Shown piece after piece: positions 36,306 through 48,182 of a DNA stretch of 64,000 nt. Under the pieces are notes generated by a model. That model saw only the letters and a program-made list of their open reading frames with translations, was not told where the DNA came from and did no database searches. This stretch comes from Phyllobates terribilis (Eukaryota): contig NW_027362763.1 in the NCBI RefSeq assembly GCF_046119375.1, positions 149,296,001 through 149,360,000 of the forward strand, given 5' to 3'. Each line of letters begins with the position of its first letter. Position 1 is the stretch's first letter. Made by a program: the position numbers and the translations under genes.

Positions 36306-37269
36306 TTTAAATGGAGGACATTATCTTCCACGCTCACTACAAATGACTGAGTTTGGAGCGAACTTATATGTGATCCATGTGATAGAGAAAACAGAGTCTT
36401 AAATAACTGGCCTGTAGGTAAGTAGTTTGACCAGCAAACTGCTGTGAATTGCTTCACTGACACACTGAAATACATTTTTAATGGAGGCCAGAAATGGCAG
36501 TATTTTCTGGCAACGTATATGTGATCCGTTTGACGGAGAAAACACAGTTTTAAATAGCTGGATTTTTAGCGTTGTAATATGGAAATGTCCTGTCTGTATT
36601 CTGCATTGCCAACAAGCAAATGGCGCAGAAAAAACGGTGTTCTCTGGATTGCTTTTTAAGCAAATAATGAGGATTAAGCTCCAAAGAAAAGTATTCCTGG
36701 CCCCTGAGACCTGGGCCTTTGTATAGAAATATCTAACAGCAGCAGAAGGCAGAATTGGAATGGAGCCTCTTGTGCTCTATGCACTGCAGTCTGCTATATA
36801 CACTGCCTGACTATACACCCTACCTACCTGATATCTCTGCAGATGGATTAGTCCTCAGAAGGACTGTTTGTTAAGATGGATATGTGTAATGTATGGTTTT
36901 TGTCCCTACGCTACCTAATACACAATCAAATCTCTCCCTGACACAGCAGCACCTCTCCCTACACTGTCTGATCTGGAGTGACCGTGACGAGCATGGCGGC
37001 GCCAGGTCTGATATAGACCTGATGACGCTGTGCGGCCAGCCAATCACTGTAATGGCCACAACCAACATGGCTACGGCATTACAGTGCATGGCAGGCAATC
37101 CCTGCATGTTCATTGGCTCTCTAAAGAGCGCCAAACATGCAGGGAGGGGACCCGAGTTCCCGTCCGAGCAACCCGGAAATACTCGGCGAGTGCCGAGCAT
37201 CTCGAGCAGTGAGATGCTCGGGCGAGCACCGAGCAGTAGCGAGCATGCCCGCTCATCACTAGTCTTTAA

Positions 37270-38321
37270 ACAAGTATTCACGGCTTCCTATAGTTTTGTG
37301 ATGGCTAACGTGCATTTCCCAATCAGGGCCAACAGAAATTTAGATCCAACTGTTGTAAACTACTAGAGGAGTTTGCTGGTTCCTTTGCTGTGATATTGGG
37401 CAACGATTTCAACTACCCTATTAACCCATCAATTGATGTATCTACAGGTAAGTCTTCTCATCCTGTCTTGTCCATACAAGGAATCAAAAAACAATTACAC
37501 AGCATGTGTTTAGTTGATCTGTGAAGGATCCTTCATCCTGAAGACTGTAGTTTCTATTCACAAGCCCATTCTGTATACAGCAGAAAAGACTATTTCTTCA
37601 TTTTCCATTCACTTCTTATCCTCCAGATGGCGGCGGACATAGGGTCTATACTATAATCGGATCATGCCACTATATATTTTTCCATGCAACTAGGCTCTCA
37701 TATGAGGCCCAGCTACACATGATGCTTAGACGAGAACCTTATGCAAGACACACTATGAATCGCAGAACTCAAGAAATCTAACCAGAACTTTGAATTTGAC
37801 TATGAGGGTGACCCTACCTCCCCCTTAATTAAGTGGGAGGTGCTTAAGGGTGTCCTGCTGAATATCCTTATCTCACATGACATACACCTTGAGAAGGAAG
37901 GCTTTGCAGAGACAACTTAACTCTCTTCTCAAATCACTCTATTAAGAGCACCAACATAAGCATCATCTCTCCCCCTCTATCTATGCTAAACTCTTTACCA
38001 CACTACATAAACTCCTGGCTGTTCTAGATCAAAATTCCCGATGCATGAGAGAAGCAGCACTGCCTCACGTACTTTAACCATTTACATACCCCCATTATTA
38101 ATAACTCAGAAGGTAAAAAGGTACATACTACTCAGGATATTCTGTCTAGCTTCAGTGACTATTATATATCCCTCTATAATATTTGAGGTCATTATAGCGA
38201 TCTCCCCATACCTCAACTTTAGGAGAAAATAAGATCATATCTCCTCATGCATAAGGTACTCCCCTTGCAGACGGAAGTACCAACAAGTGTCGAAGAGGAT
38301 TTTTACCTTTAAGGAGGTGAC
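37270..38321 (+). pseudogene. L1 ORF2p part 2 (endonuclease C-terminus and linker)
   Basis: ILGNDFN, RILHPED.SFYS..HSVYSRKDYFF, SDHA. Ends EDFTFKEV at the next insertion. Confidence 0.9.
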
Positions 38322-40250
38322 TAGTGATGGGTGAACACTTGAATATTCGAATCCAGTGGGTTTGGCCGAACATTTAAAAAAACGTTTGGTTCGGGTACCA
38401 GAACAGTACCTGAACTCAAACCCGGACCCCATTCAAATGAACGGGGGACCGAAACATGCTGTGTTTCCCATGCTGTCATCTGTCTGACAGCACGAGACAC
38501 ACCGGCTCTGATCGACGGTAAGTTCATTACCGCCGGTCAGAGCACTGTAGTTCCCACGCTGTCATACAGATGACAGAGTGTGAGCCAGCAGGTGTAACCA
38601 GCAGTAAAAAAGGTTACCACTGGTCACAGAGGTCAGCTGATGAGAGAGTACTGCTCTTACCAGCATATGACTGGTCTTGCTGATAGCAGCGAGAGCAGGC
38701 GAGGCTTATGAGAGTATTCATCAGCCGTGCTTGTGACTCGCCCCCTGGGCCGTGTGTGCACGTGTGTGGGTTACCCGGAGCCGGGTCTCTGGGGGTTGTA
38801 GTCTCCGTGGCGGCGACCCGGTCCCGTGGCTCATGGTGGTCAAACCAGTGGCAGTCTTTATAGGGTTTTTGTGGTTTCATGTCCGACTACGCCACCCGTG
38901 GATTGCGGTCAGGGTGTACTGCCGCTGCGAGGCAGTCCGCTGAGGCTGGTGTGGTGTGCGCAGCTAAAGATGGGATAACTCCCCACGGGAAGAGTATGGC
39001 CTCAGGGCAGGGAATGTGGATGATGGGAGTGATGGTGTGCGGGCGTCCCAGTACTAGTAGTGCTGTATGCGGTGAGAAAGCAGGAACGACTCAGAGTCTT
39101 TGCAGTGTAGTTCAGGGTCTTTACTGATGATATTAAGGCAGACCCTCCCGGGAGTACTGGCTAGCATAAGGGGCCTGGTCAGTCTGCGAGCAAGCAGGAG
39201 TTCCCCTGGCCAGGTGGAGTTGTAGGCCTCCCCGTCTATCTGCACTCTTCCTGGCTACCTTGCTGTAAGCGAGTGGAAGTAGCCCACATCCCTGAGTATA
39301 CCGTGTGGTGCTCACCCGTATGGCTGGTGACTTGGAGCCTTCTGATAGCCTCCGCTCCTCGATGGCGGTGCTGGTCCCTTCCTTGTGACTGAGCCTCCGG
39401 GCTTCTATGGCCAGAGGACCTGGAATCCCCTGCCGGCTGGGTTCTGCTGCTGGACTTAGAGGTTCCCACAGCCTCGGACTCCATTGTCCGGTAGTAGTCT
39501 CTTCAGCCAGGACGAGCAATATATCTGCTTCCAGTCCCTGGCACTCAGCTCTTGCTCCTACAGAGCTCCTGTTGTTTCTTGCCCTGTGTCTGGAACTTCA
39601 CTCCAGGCTCTGTCTGTCTAACCCCGCCCCAGACCCAGTTTATATAGGGCAGATTCCTCCCCTCCCAGGTCTGGGCAGGAGGTGTTGGAGCTTAAGGGCT
39701 CCTGACTAGGAAACCTCCCACTTGCTCTCAGACGTAATATTTCTATTACTGTGGTAACCAGACCCCTGGGGTGCCACATTCCCCCCTAGTAAATTTTAGT
39801 ACTCCGTGACTAAACACATTTTTAAGAAAACACAAATACAGGGTATAACAGTAGCATAACATATGTACAAGAAGGTTTAGTCTTTAGAGGTCACGGCATG
39901 TCCATAACTGGGTGTCCATGTCACCCAACAAAGTGAAGTCTTGGAACAGAGTAGGGGACCTGTCCAAAGCAAACCCCAAACGTTGGCCCTGGGCGTGGCT
40001 GCAAGGCTGAGGCTAGCTACTTTGGGCCGCAAGGAGGCCACGCAAGACAGGTTTTTTTCTTTCGCGGCCATCTTCGCAAGAGGCACCAAGGTGCAACTAT
40101 CTACAATGTAGTTCCGGTTACTCAGCGTCCATAACCTGTCAGTCCAAATAAACCTGCAGGGTAACTAGAGAAACATAATCAATGAACAGGCAACAAAAAC
40201 ATAAACCTTTTACAGCATTTACGTATGTACAGGTAAATATATACTTGGCA

Positions 40251-43200
40251 TTAGACTCTCCAGCGAGCGGGCATCTGTCCGCTAGTGCTCCTGGTAGACC
40301 TACGTAACCCACTATCTGGTTCTGCACTACAGGGTGTAGGAGGTGTTGCGGGTAGGCCTGGCTGCTTTCTGCGTACTCTTTGGCTTACTAGGGGCACGGC
40401 AGGCTCACTACTAGCAGAGGGTTGATTCTCCTGGGCTGCTGGTATGGATTCTTCTGCCTCTTGGGCCGGCTGCTCTTCTGACACTACCTGTTCTTCTGTA
40501 GGCCCTTCTGGGGCTGGCTGGAGAAAGGTGAGGACGGGTACCACGACAGCGTTGTTGATTTGTGTCCAGGACCGGGGAAAGTCTCCGAGTACGGTACTGA
40601 TCATTTCTTCCCTTTCCTCTGTGGGTTGAGGGTTCTCTTGATCTTCGTCAGGGCCTTGCAGCTGCTCGGGACACTTTTTCAGGTGGTCTCTGGAGACAAT
40701 GGCTGTGGTTTCTCCTCCATCCTTACTGATTACACATACTTTTGGGTTATCATGACTTGAAGGCAGTACTGTGTACGGGTCCTTCTCCCACTGGTCGTCC
40801 CACTTGTGGAGCCACCTCTTTCTCTTCAAGACCTGCTCTCCAGGTACCAGGGGAACAGCGGGAGCATGCTGGTTATAAGTCTTCTCTTGCCTTTCTCTTG
40901 CTTGAGACAGACTTCGCTCGACGCTCTCCTGTACTCTACGATACTGCTGCTGCCTTTCTGTATCCCAGGCTGCCTCTGGCGAGGTGTCCTCAGGTGTCAG
41001 GACTCCCATATCCAGGTCAATAGGCAGCTTACCAGGTCTTGCTCTCATTAAGTAAGCCGGGGTACAGTTGGTGGAACCTACGGGGATGTGATTATACAAG
41101 TCCACCAGATCAGGCAGTTTTTCAGGTCACAGACTGCGTTCTTCCAGGGGCAACATTTTTAGCAAGACTATCACCACCTGGTTCATTTTCTCCCATAGTC
41201 CGTTGGTCTGAGGGTGATAGGGTGTTGTTCTTATCTTCCTGCAGCCATACAGATTGCAGAACTCTTGGAAGACCTTCGAAGGCTGGCCCTTGGTCAGTCA
41301 ACACTTGCTCTGGATACCCGTGTGGACGGCAGAAGTGCTGATGGAAGGCTCTAGCTGCTGTTTGAGCCGTTAAGTCCTTGACAGGGACCACCACCAGGAA
41401 CCGGGAGTAGTGATCTACGATTGTAAGGGCGTAGACGTACCCAGATTTGCTTGGAGCCAGTTTCACATGGTCGAGAGCTACCAGCTCCTGTGGCTGCCTG
41501 GTGATGATGGGCTGCAGAGGAGTCTTCTGGCTGGCGCTGTCCTTCCTTCTTAGGTTGCACAGGCCACAGTCTCTACACCACCTCTCGATGGCTCCTCTCA
41601 TGCCTACCCAGTAGAACCGTCCACGCAACAGGAACTCCAGCTTCTTCCATCCGAAGTGTCCTGCTCCGTCATGGTATGCCTCCAGAACCATAGCCGCGTC
41701 TCGTCTTGGGACCACTACCTGCCAGGTCAGCTCGTGTGTTCTAAAGTTGACCATTCTCCGGCACAGCTTCTCCTTGTAAAGAAACAGTCTACTTTTCTCC
41801 TTCCACAGTTGCTTGGTCTACTCCAGAGCGTCTGGGTCAAGACGGGCATCAGCCTGTGTCAACATTTCCTTCACCAGACGGACTGCGGGATCACTGTCTT
41901 GGGTCTCCACCCAGCTGTAGTGGGGTAAGGGATTGAAAGTGGCAGCGCGCCTGTCCCTTACACGGTGGGAATACAGGGTAATCCCATGACAGTGGAACGC
42001 AGGGAGTTCGACCTCTTCCAGTTCTTCTGTATCTTCCCCTACGTCCGGTAAGTTTGGCATTCTGGACAGGGCATCCGCGTTGGCATTTGAGCGTCCCGCC
42101 CGGTATTTGATGGTGAATTCATAGTTGGACAGGCGGGCCATCCATCTCTGCTCCAGGGCACCAAGTCTTGCAGTGTCCAGGTGTGTCAACGGGTTGTTAT
42201 CCGTGTACACGGTGAACTTGGAAGAGGCAAGGTCACTGCCCACACCACTGCCAGGAACTCTAGCTTGAATGAGCTATAATTCTCAGGGTTTCTTTCTGTG
42301 GGCCTTAGTTTTCGGCTGGCGTAAGCGATTACCCGTTCTTTCCCCTGCTGGATCTGGGACAGTACGGCTCCTAGCCCGATGTTGCTCGCGTTCGTGTGGA
42401 GGATAAAGGGCTGGCGGTAGTCAGGGTACGCCAGGATTTCATCCCCCGTGATGGCCATCTTCAGCTGGCGGAAGGACTCCTCTTCCAGCTTTTCACGTCT
42501 GAAGGGCGGCTTCTGGTTTTTGGCCTTCCTGGATTGACCTATCAGGAGGTCCTGCATAGGAGCTGCCATTTTGGTGAAACCGGGAATGAATCTTCGGTAG
42601 TACCTACCAACCCGAGAAACTGCCGCACTTCCTTTATGCTGGAGGGTCTTGGCCAGTCTTTAATCACGGTGATCTTATCGGGGTCGGGAGCCACTCCGTC
42701 AGCACTCGCCACGTGTCCCAGGTACTGCACCTTTGGTTTCAGCAGGTGACACTTGGATGGTTTCACCTTTAGGCCGTAGCTTGCCAGGGCATCAAACACT
42801 TCTGCCAGGTGTTTCAAATGGTCCTCGTAGGTTTTGGAATAAACGATGACATCGTCCAGGTATGACAGGACCATCTCGAAATTCCGGTGTCCCAGACAGC
42901 ATTCCATCAACCGCTGGAAGGTTTCTGGTGCGATGCAGAGCCCGAACGGTATACAGTTGAATTCGCTGAGACCCATCGGGGTGGCGAATGCAGTCTTCTC
43001 CTTGTCTGCTTCTGCTACAGGAACCTGCCAGTACCCACTAGTAAGATCCAAAGTGGAGAAGAAGTTAGCAGATTTTAATGCAGCTAAAGATTGTTCTATT
43101 CTAGGTAACGGTACGCATCTTTGTGTGTGATACAGTTGACCTTTCTGTAGTCTACACACATTCTCATGGTGTTGTCCTTCTTTTTCACTAGGACTTGTGG

Positions 43201-44255
43201 AGCTGCCCAGGGGCTACAGCTGTTCCTGATTACCCCAGCCTCCTTCATGTCCCGCAACATCCCCTTTGCATGCTGATAGTGTGCAGGGGGTACAGGTTGG
43301 TATCTTTCCTTTATGGGTGGATGGTCTCCTGTGGGGATGTGATGTTCTACCCCCTTTACTCACCCGAAGTCTAGCGGGTGTTTACTAAAGACCCTTTCGT
43401 ACTCCTGAACCATCCGGTAGACTCCCTGTTTTTGGTGTGAGGGAGTGGAGTCAGTACCCAAATGCAGTTGCTGACACCAGTCCTCCATTTGTTTCTTACA
43501 GCCGTTACCTTCCTCTGGTTGAGATGGAGGCAAGGGTTCTACGGCCTTTACAGAATTTTGGTTTATGGTGAACAATTTGGCTAGTGTGGCATACCTGGGC
43601 AGGTGTACTTCTCTCTCCGATATTTACGATGCGGACAGGTACCCTCCCATGCATCGACCACTCCCCATGCTGTCAAAATGGTGGGCCTACTGTCTGAGTA
43701 GACGGGCTCTAGCATTGCTTGGTAGTCTCTACCTCTTAGACCAATAGCTGCCCGGCACCATATCATCATCTCACTTTTCGGGGGCATGGCAATAGGGAAC
43801 GGGTCACACATTCTCACGCTACCAATCTCACCACCAGATAATTCCACCTGTTGCCGTTTCATCAGTGCCCGGATTTCTTTTTGGAGGACACGCTGCTGGC
43901 AGGAACTGGCGTTCTTGGCAACCTGCTGTAAAATGAGAATCACCTCTGCAAGACAATTTTCAATCACGTTAGTTCCCAAGGTTATTCTAGGGTGACTCTC
44001 ATGACGGTCAATGTCCACAATAATCAGTCCTTGTGCAGCCAGTTCGACCTTACCGACCTTAATGATCACCTCTTTGAACCCCACCTGCGGCACGGGCTGA
44101 CCATTGCTGGCGATGATACTCAGGTCATCATCTGGGTAGCGGGTTATGTCCGAGTCATTCCAGTACCGCTTAAAGAGCACGTACGGGATGGAAGTCACCT
44201 GTGACCCAGTGTCTAGTAGGGCACTCATAGGAATGCCATCCAGTACCACAGGCAA
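40251..44255 (-). pseudogene. Pro-Pol (protease, RT, RNase H, integrase), frameshifted
   Basis: LLDTGSQV; YLDDV; HTNASNIG/KLEFLA/YTDNNPL; GHFG..CGLC, ALDHV, LTDQG; WEKDPY. Confidence 0.93.
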
Positions 44256-44395
44256 GACCGGACGTCCCCCTACGTATTTATCATGCCAGTTCGATGGGCC
44301 TGATGATCTTATGCCTGGGGGTTGGCCCTATGCCCCAGGTTGTGCCCGTTTAAATGAGAGTACCTTGCCATATGTCCGGGTTGATTGCAGCGGCG

Positions 44396-45301
44396 TCAGA
44401 TGGGTTGTCCGTCCTCGTTGTATCTGTCACTGGGTCTTACTCTGGACGATGGGATCTTCCTCTGTCGGTGCCACGGGACGTCCTCCGGACTGGTGGCCAG
44501 CTTGATCCTTCCTGGAGGAGAGACCTGTAAAGACTGTACAGTTCGGGTTAGCTCGGATACGCTTTTAGTTAGCTCTTGGACCTGATGGTGCAGGTCTGTA
44601 GCCGGGTTGTTGTCCAAAGCCTGCGCACCAGCTCCTATAGGCTCTGCAGACAAGGGCGCCGCCTCTTGATGATAGGAAATAGCAGGGCGCCGGTGGGTTA
44701 CAGCGCTACCCGGTGCCAGTTCTCGGAGCACCCGGATGGCCCTGTCCTTGAACTTTGCAAAGTCTAAACCAGGGTTCTGCAAGGCCATTAAACGTAACTG
44801 GGTTCGGTGGGTGTTGGACAGCAGACCCTCAATGAATTGCTCAGTTAACAGTTCATCTGCATTCCGCACACTGTCAGGGTCTGCCTGTTTAATGGCTCCC
44901 AGGGCCTCTTGCAAACTCAAAGCATAGTCTCTTATACTGTCTTGGGCCCGCTGCTTGCACCCATAAAATCTCATTTTGATCTCGGCTGAGGTGCGGGTAT
45001 AAAAAGTGTCCTTCAGACGGGCCAAGATCTCCTTTACGGTCTCCTTGTCCCGGACTGACCTGGACTTTAATTCACGCTGGGCTGCGCCGGTTAGCTGACC
45101 TATAAATATGCTCACTTTCTGGCCCTCCGTCAGGGGGTATACCTTAAATAGGCTGTACAGTCTCTCTTTAAAGTCGCTTAGGGTATGCGACTCCCCTGAG
45201 TATTGGGGCAGCCAGGCCGCTCCGGGGATGTAAGGCATTGTAAACGGCATTACTGCGGCAGTGGCCGCGCTGGTGGGAGAGGGTCCCTCCGTGTCCGTCA
45301 T
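44396..45301 (-). CDS. Gag capsid (PNMA/Ty3-like), open for 301 codons; knuckle disrupted by the stop
   Basis: LPQYSGE, QLTGAA, KQRAQDSIRDYALSL, EQFIEGL. The CCHC remnant ..*RRCNQPGHMARY follows. Confidence 0.85.
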   Translation of the reverse strand: MTDTEGPSPTSAATAAVMPFTMPYIPGAAWLPQYSGESHTLSDFKERLYSLFKVYPLTEGQKVSIFIGQLTGAAQRELKSRSVRDKETVKEILARLKDTFYTRTSAEIKMRFYGCKQRAQDSIRDYALSLQEALGAIKQADPDSVRNADELLTEQFIEGLLSNTHRTQLRLMALQNPGLDFAKFKDRAIRVLRELAPGSAVTHRRPAISYHQEAAPLSAEPIGAGAQALDNNPATDLHHQVQELTKSVSELTRTVQSLQVSPPGRIKLATSPEDVPWHRQRKIPSSRVRPSDRYNEDGQPI

Positions 45302-45693
45302 CTTCCTCCCCCCTAGTTAAGTGTGGCCTACCTTCCGACGATCCTTTTCTGTAGGCCGCGGCTCCGCTGGTGCTGCTCCAGACGAGGACCTTGCGTCGCG
45401 TCCTGGTGACGTCAGCGTCACTCTCTCTCCCTTCCAGCACCTTGTGCAGCGTCGGTGCGTGAGGCGGAGCTTCAGATCTCGCGCGCTTTCGGCGTCCACG
45501 TCCCTCTTCTTCCCGCGCGGCGTCCTGAAGATCGCGTCCGATGGCTGGAAAACAACTGCGGATGGCGGGAAAACAGCTGCGGATGGCGGGAAACTTCTGA
45601 AGATGGCGGGAAACGGCTCCGGATGGCGGGAACCTTCACCACAGCAGGTATGACAGTCTTTTGAAGGCACGCAGTACCCGTTGGTTGCGGGCA

Positions 45694-45715
45694 CGAAATC
45701 CTGCTGACTACGCCA
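45694..45715 (-). promoter_or_regulatory. Primer-binding site, tRNA-Ser
   Basis: TGGCGTAGTCAGCAGGATT is complementary to the vertebrate tRNA-Ser 3' end (..AATCCTGCCGACTACGCCA) with one mismatch. Confidence 0.85.
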
Positions 45716-47411
45716 AAGTTCACCCGCTCCCTGGGCCGTGTGTGCACGTGTGTGGGTTACCCGAAGCCGGGTCTCTGGGGGTTGTAGTCTCCTTGGCGGC
45801 GACCCGGTCCCGTGGCTCAGGGTGGTCAAACCAGTGGCAGTCTTTATAGGGTTTTTGTGGTTTAATGTTCGACTACGCCACCCGTGGATTGCGGTCAGGG
45901 TGTACCGCCGCTGCGAGGCAGTCCGCTGAGGCTGGTGTGGTGTGCGCAGCTAAAGATGGGATAACTCCCCACGGGAAGAGTATGGCCTCAGGGCAGGGAA
46001 TGTGGATGATGGGAGTGATGGTGTGCGGGCGTCCCAGTACTAGTAGTGCTGTATGCGGTGAGAAAGCAGGAACGACTCAGAGTCTTTGCAGTGTAGTTCA
46101 GGGTCTTTACTGATGATATTAAGGCAGACCCTCCTGGGAGTACTGGCTAGCATAAGGGGCCTGGTCAGTCTGCGAGCAAGCAGGAGTTCCCCTGGCCAGG
46201 TGGAGTTGTAGGCCTCCCCGTATATCTGCACTCTTCCTGGCTACCTTGCTGTAAGCGAGTGGAAGTAGCCCACGTCCCTGAGTATACCGTGTGGTGCTCA
46301 CCCGTATGGCTGGTGACTTGGGGCCTTCTGATAGCCTCCGCTCCTCGATGGCGGTGCTGGTCCCTTCCTTGTGACTGAGCCTCTGGGCTTCTATGGCCAG
46401 AGGACCTGGAATCCCCTGCCGGCTGGGTTCTGCTGCTGGACTTAGAGGTTCCCACAGCCTCGGACTCCATTGTCCGGTAGTAGTCTCTTCAGCCAGGACG
46501 AGCAATATATCTGCTTCCAGTCCCTGGCACTCAGCTGCTGCTCCTACAGAGCTCCTGCTGTTTCTTGCCCTGTGTCTGGAACTTCACTCCAGGCTCTGTC
46601 TGTCTAACCCCGCCCCAGACCCAGCTTATATAGGGAAGATTCCTCCCCTCCCAGGTCTGGGCAGGAGGTGTTGCATGCTTAAGGGCTCCTGACCAGGAAA
46701 CCTCCCACTTGCTCTCAGACGTAATATTTCTATTACTGTGGTAACCAGACCCCAGGGGTGCCACACTTGTGCAATAAATAAATAAATAATATAAAAAATG
46801 ACATGCGATCCGCTCTATATTTGCTAACTAGTGCAAGTAAAGCTGACAGCTGCAGACTGCAGCCGCCAGCTGTCAGCTTTATATTGGCTAGCTATCAAAA
46901 ATAGAAGGGTCCCATGCTGTTTTTTTAAATTTTTTAAATAAATAATTTAAAAAAATGGTCAGGGGTCCCCATCATTTTTGACAACCAACCAAGCTAAAGC
47001 AGACAGCTGGGGGCTAGTATTCTCAGACTGGAAAGGGGCCATGGATATTAGTTCTCACCAGCCTAAAAATAGCAGCCCGCAGCCGCCCCAGAAAAGGCGC
47101 ATCTATTAGATGCGCCTATTCTGGCACTTTGCCCTGCTCTTCCCACTTGCCCTGGTGCGGATACAAGTGTGGTAATATTTCTGAGGTTGATGTCAGCTTT
47201 GTAATGTCAGCTGACATCAAGCCCACAGGTTAGTAATGGAGAGGCGTCTATAAGGTGCCCCCATTACTAACCCCAAGTCAAATGTAATAAAAATACAGCC
47301 AGAGTAAAGTACTTTAATTGAAATAAAAACACAGACTCCTTTATTTGAAATAAACACTCACATCCTATTTCACCTATTTATTAATGTTAAATTAAAAATA
47401 ATAAAACACCA

Positions 47412-47940
47412 AATCCTCACCAGTACGACCATAATCCATATGTCCCACGATGAAATCCAGCTCTGCTACATCTGGATTTCATGGCTGAGTGGTGACATGA
47501 TGCAACCGCTCAGCAATGAGTCCAGGAGACACTGAGATGAGCGTAAGAGAGCAGCTTCAGTGTCCTGCGGTGACATTATTGAGGTTACCATAGGTCACAT
47601 GGGCAGCTCAGTGTGAGCTGACTGATGAACTGCGGTGACCTCAATGAGATCACCGCTAGCATTGTGACAAATTTCTCACGGTGCTAGCGGTGATCTCATT
47701 GAGGTCATCACAGTTCTTCAGCCTGCTCACACTGAGCTGCCTGTGGGAACCGCAGCCTTTGACATGCGATAACCTCAATGATGTCACCGCAGGTCACTGA
47801 AACTACGCTCTCAGCAGCTTAGTGTCTCCTGGATTCATGGCTGAGTGGTGGCATCATGCCACCATTCAGCCATGAAATCCAGATAAAGCAGAGCTGGACT
47901 CATCATGGGACAAATGGATTGTCATTGGACAGGTGAGGAA
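47412..47940. repeat. About 530-bp imperfect palindrome inside hAT-C
   Basis: Perfect 26-bp core stem (47636-47661 / 47682-47707). Outer arms pair out to 47412/47940. Confidence 0.92.
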
Positions 47941-48182
47941 TATGGTGTGGGAACCGAAGTGCTCTTACCAGCGGTAGTGCACTTACCGCTGATCAGAGCC
48001 AGTGTTTCTCGTGCTGTCACACAGATGACAGCGTGTGACACACTGGATGTTTGGGCTGCCAAAGCCGAAGAGTAACACAGACTTTGGGGAGAAGTCCATG
48101 TTCGTGGTCCATGCATGGACACTAGGTGTTCGATACGGACCCTGAACTATACCGTTAGTGTCCACCCATCCCTAGAGGTGAC

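Larger units (their letters stand above)
19342..37261 (-). mobile_element. hAT-B composite transposon (17.9 kb including nested insertions)
   Basis: TIR TAGTGATGAGCG at both ends. TSD GTCTTTAT/GTCTTTAA (7/8). CTCGAG/CTCGGG subterminal repeats. Transposase on the minus strand. Confidence 0.95.
38734..46765 (-). mobile_element. Ty3/gypsy LTR retrotransposon, tRNA-Ser primed, no chromodomain
   Basis: About 1045-bp LTRs (38734-39778 and about 45720-46765), about 98% identical by eye. PPT AGGGGGGAA at 39779-39787. 4-bp TSD CTTG if the left boundary is 38734 (38732 gives TGT..ACA ends but no TSD). Confidence 0.95.
38322..48174. mobile_element. Non-autonomous hAT-C (about 1.8 kb own sequence + nested gypsy)
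   Basis: TIR TAGTGATGGGTGAACAC / TAGGGATGGGTGGACAC. Perfect 8-bp TSD GAGGTGAC. Inverted subterminal blocks. Confidence 0.93.

Noticed and set aside
39790-40250. env-like third ORF in the gypsy 3' region
   Set aside because: Only 62-70-codon ORFs, with no signal peptide, furin site or transmembrane anchor.
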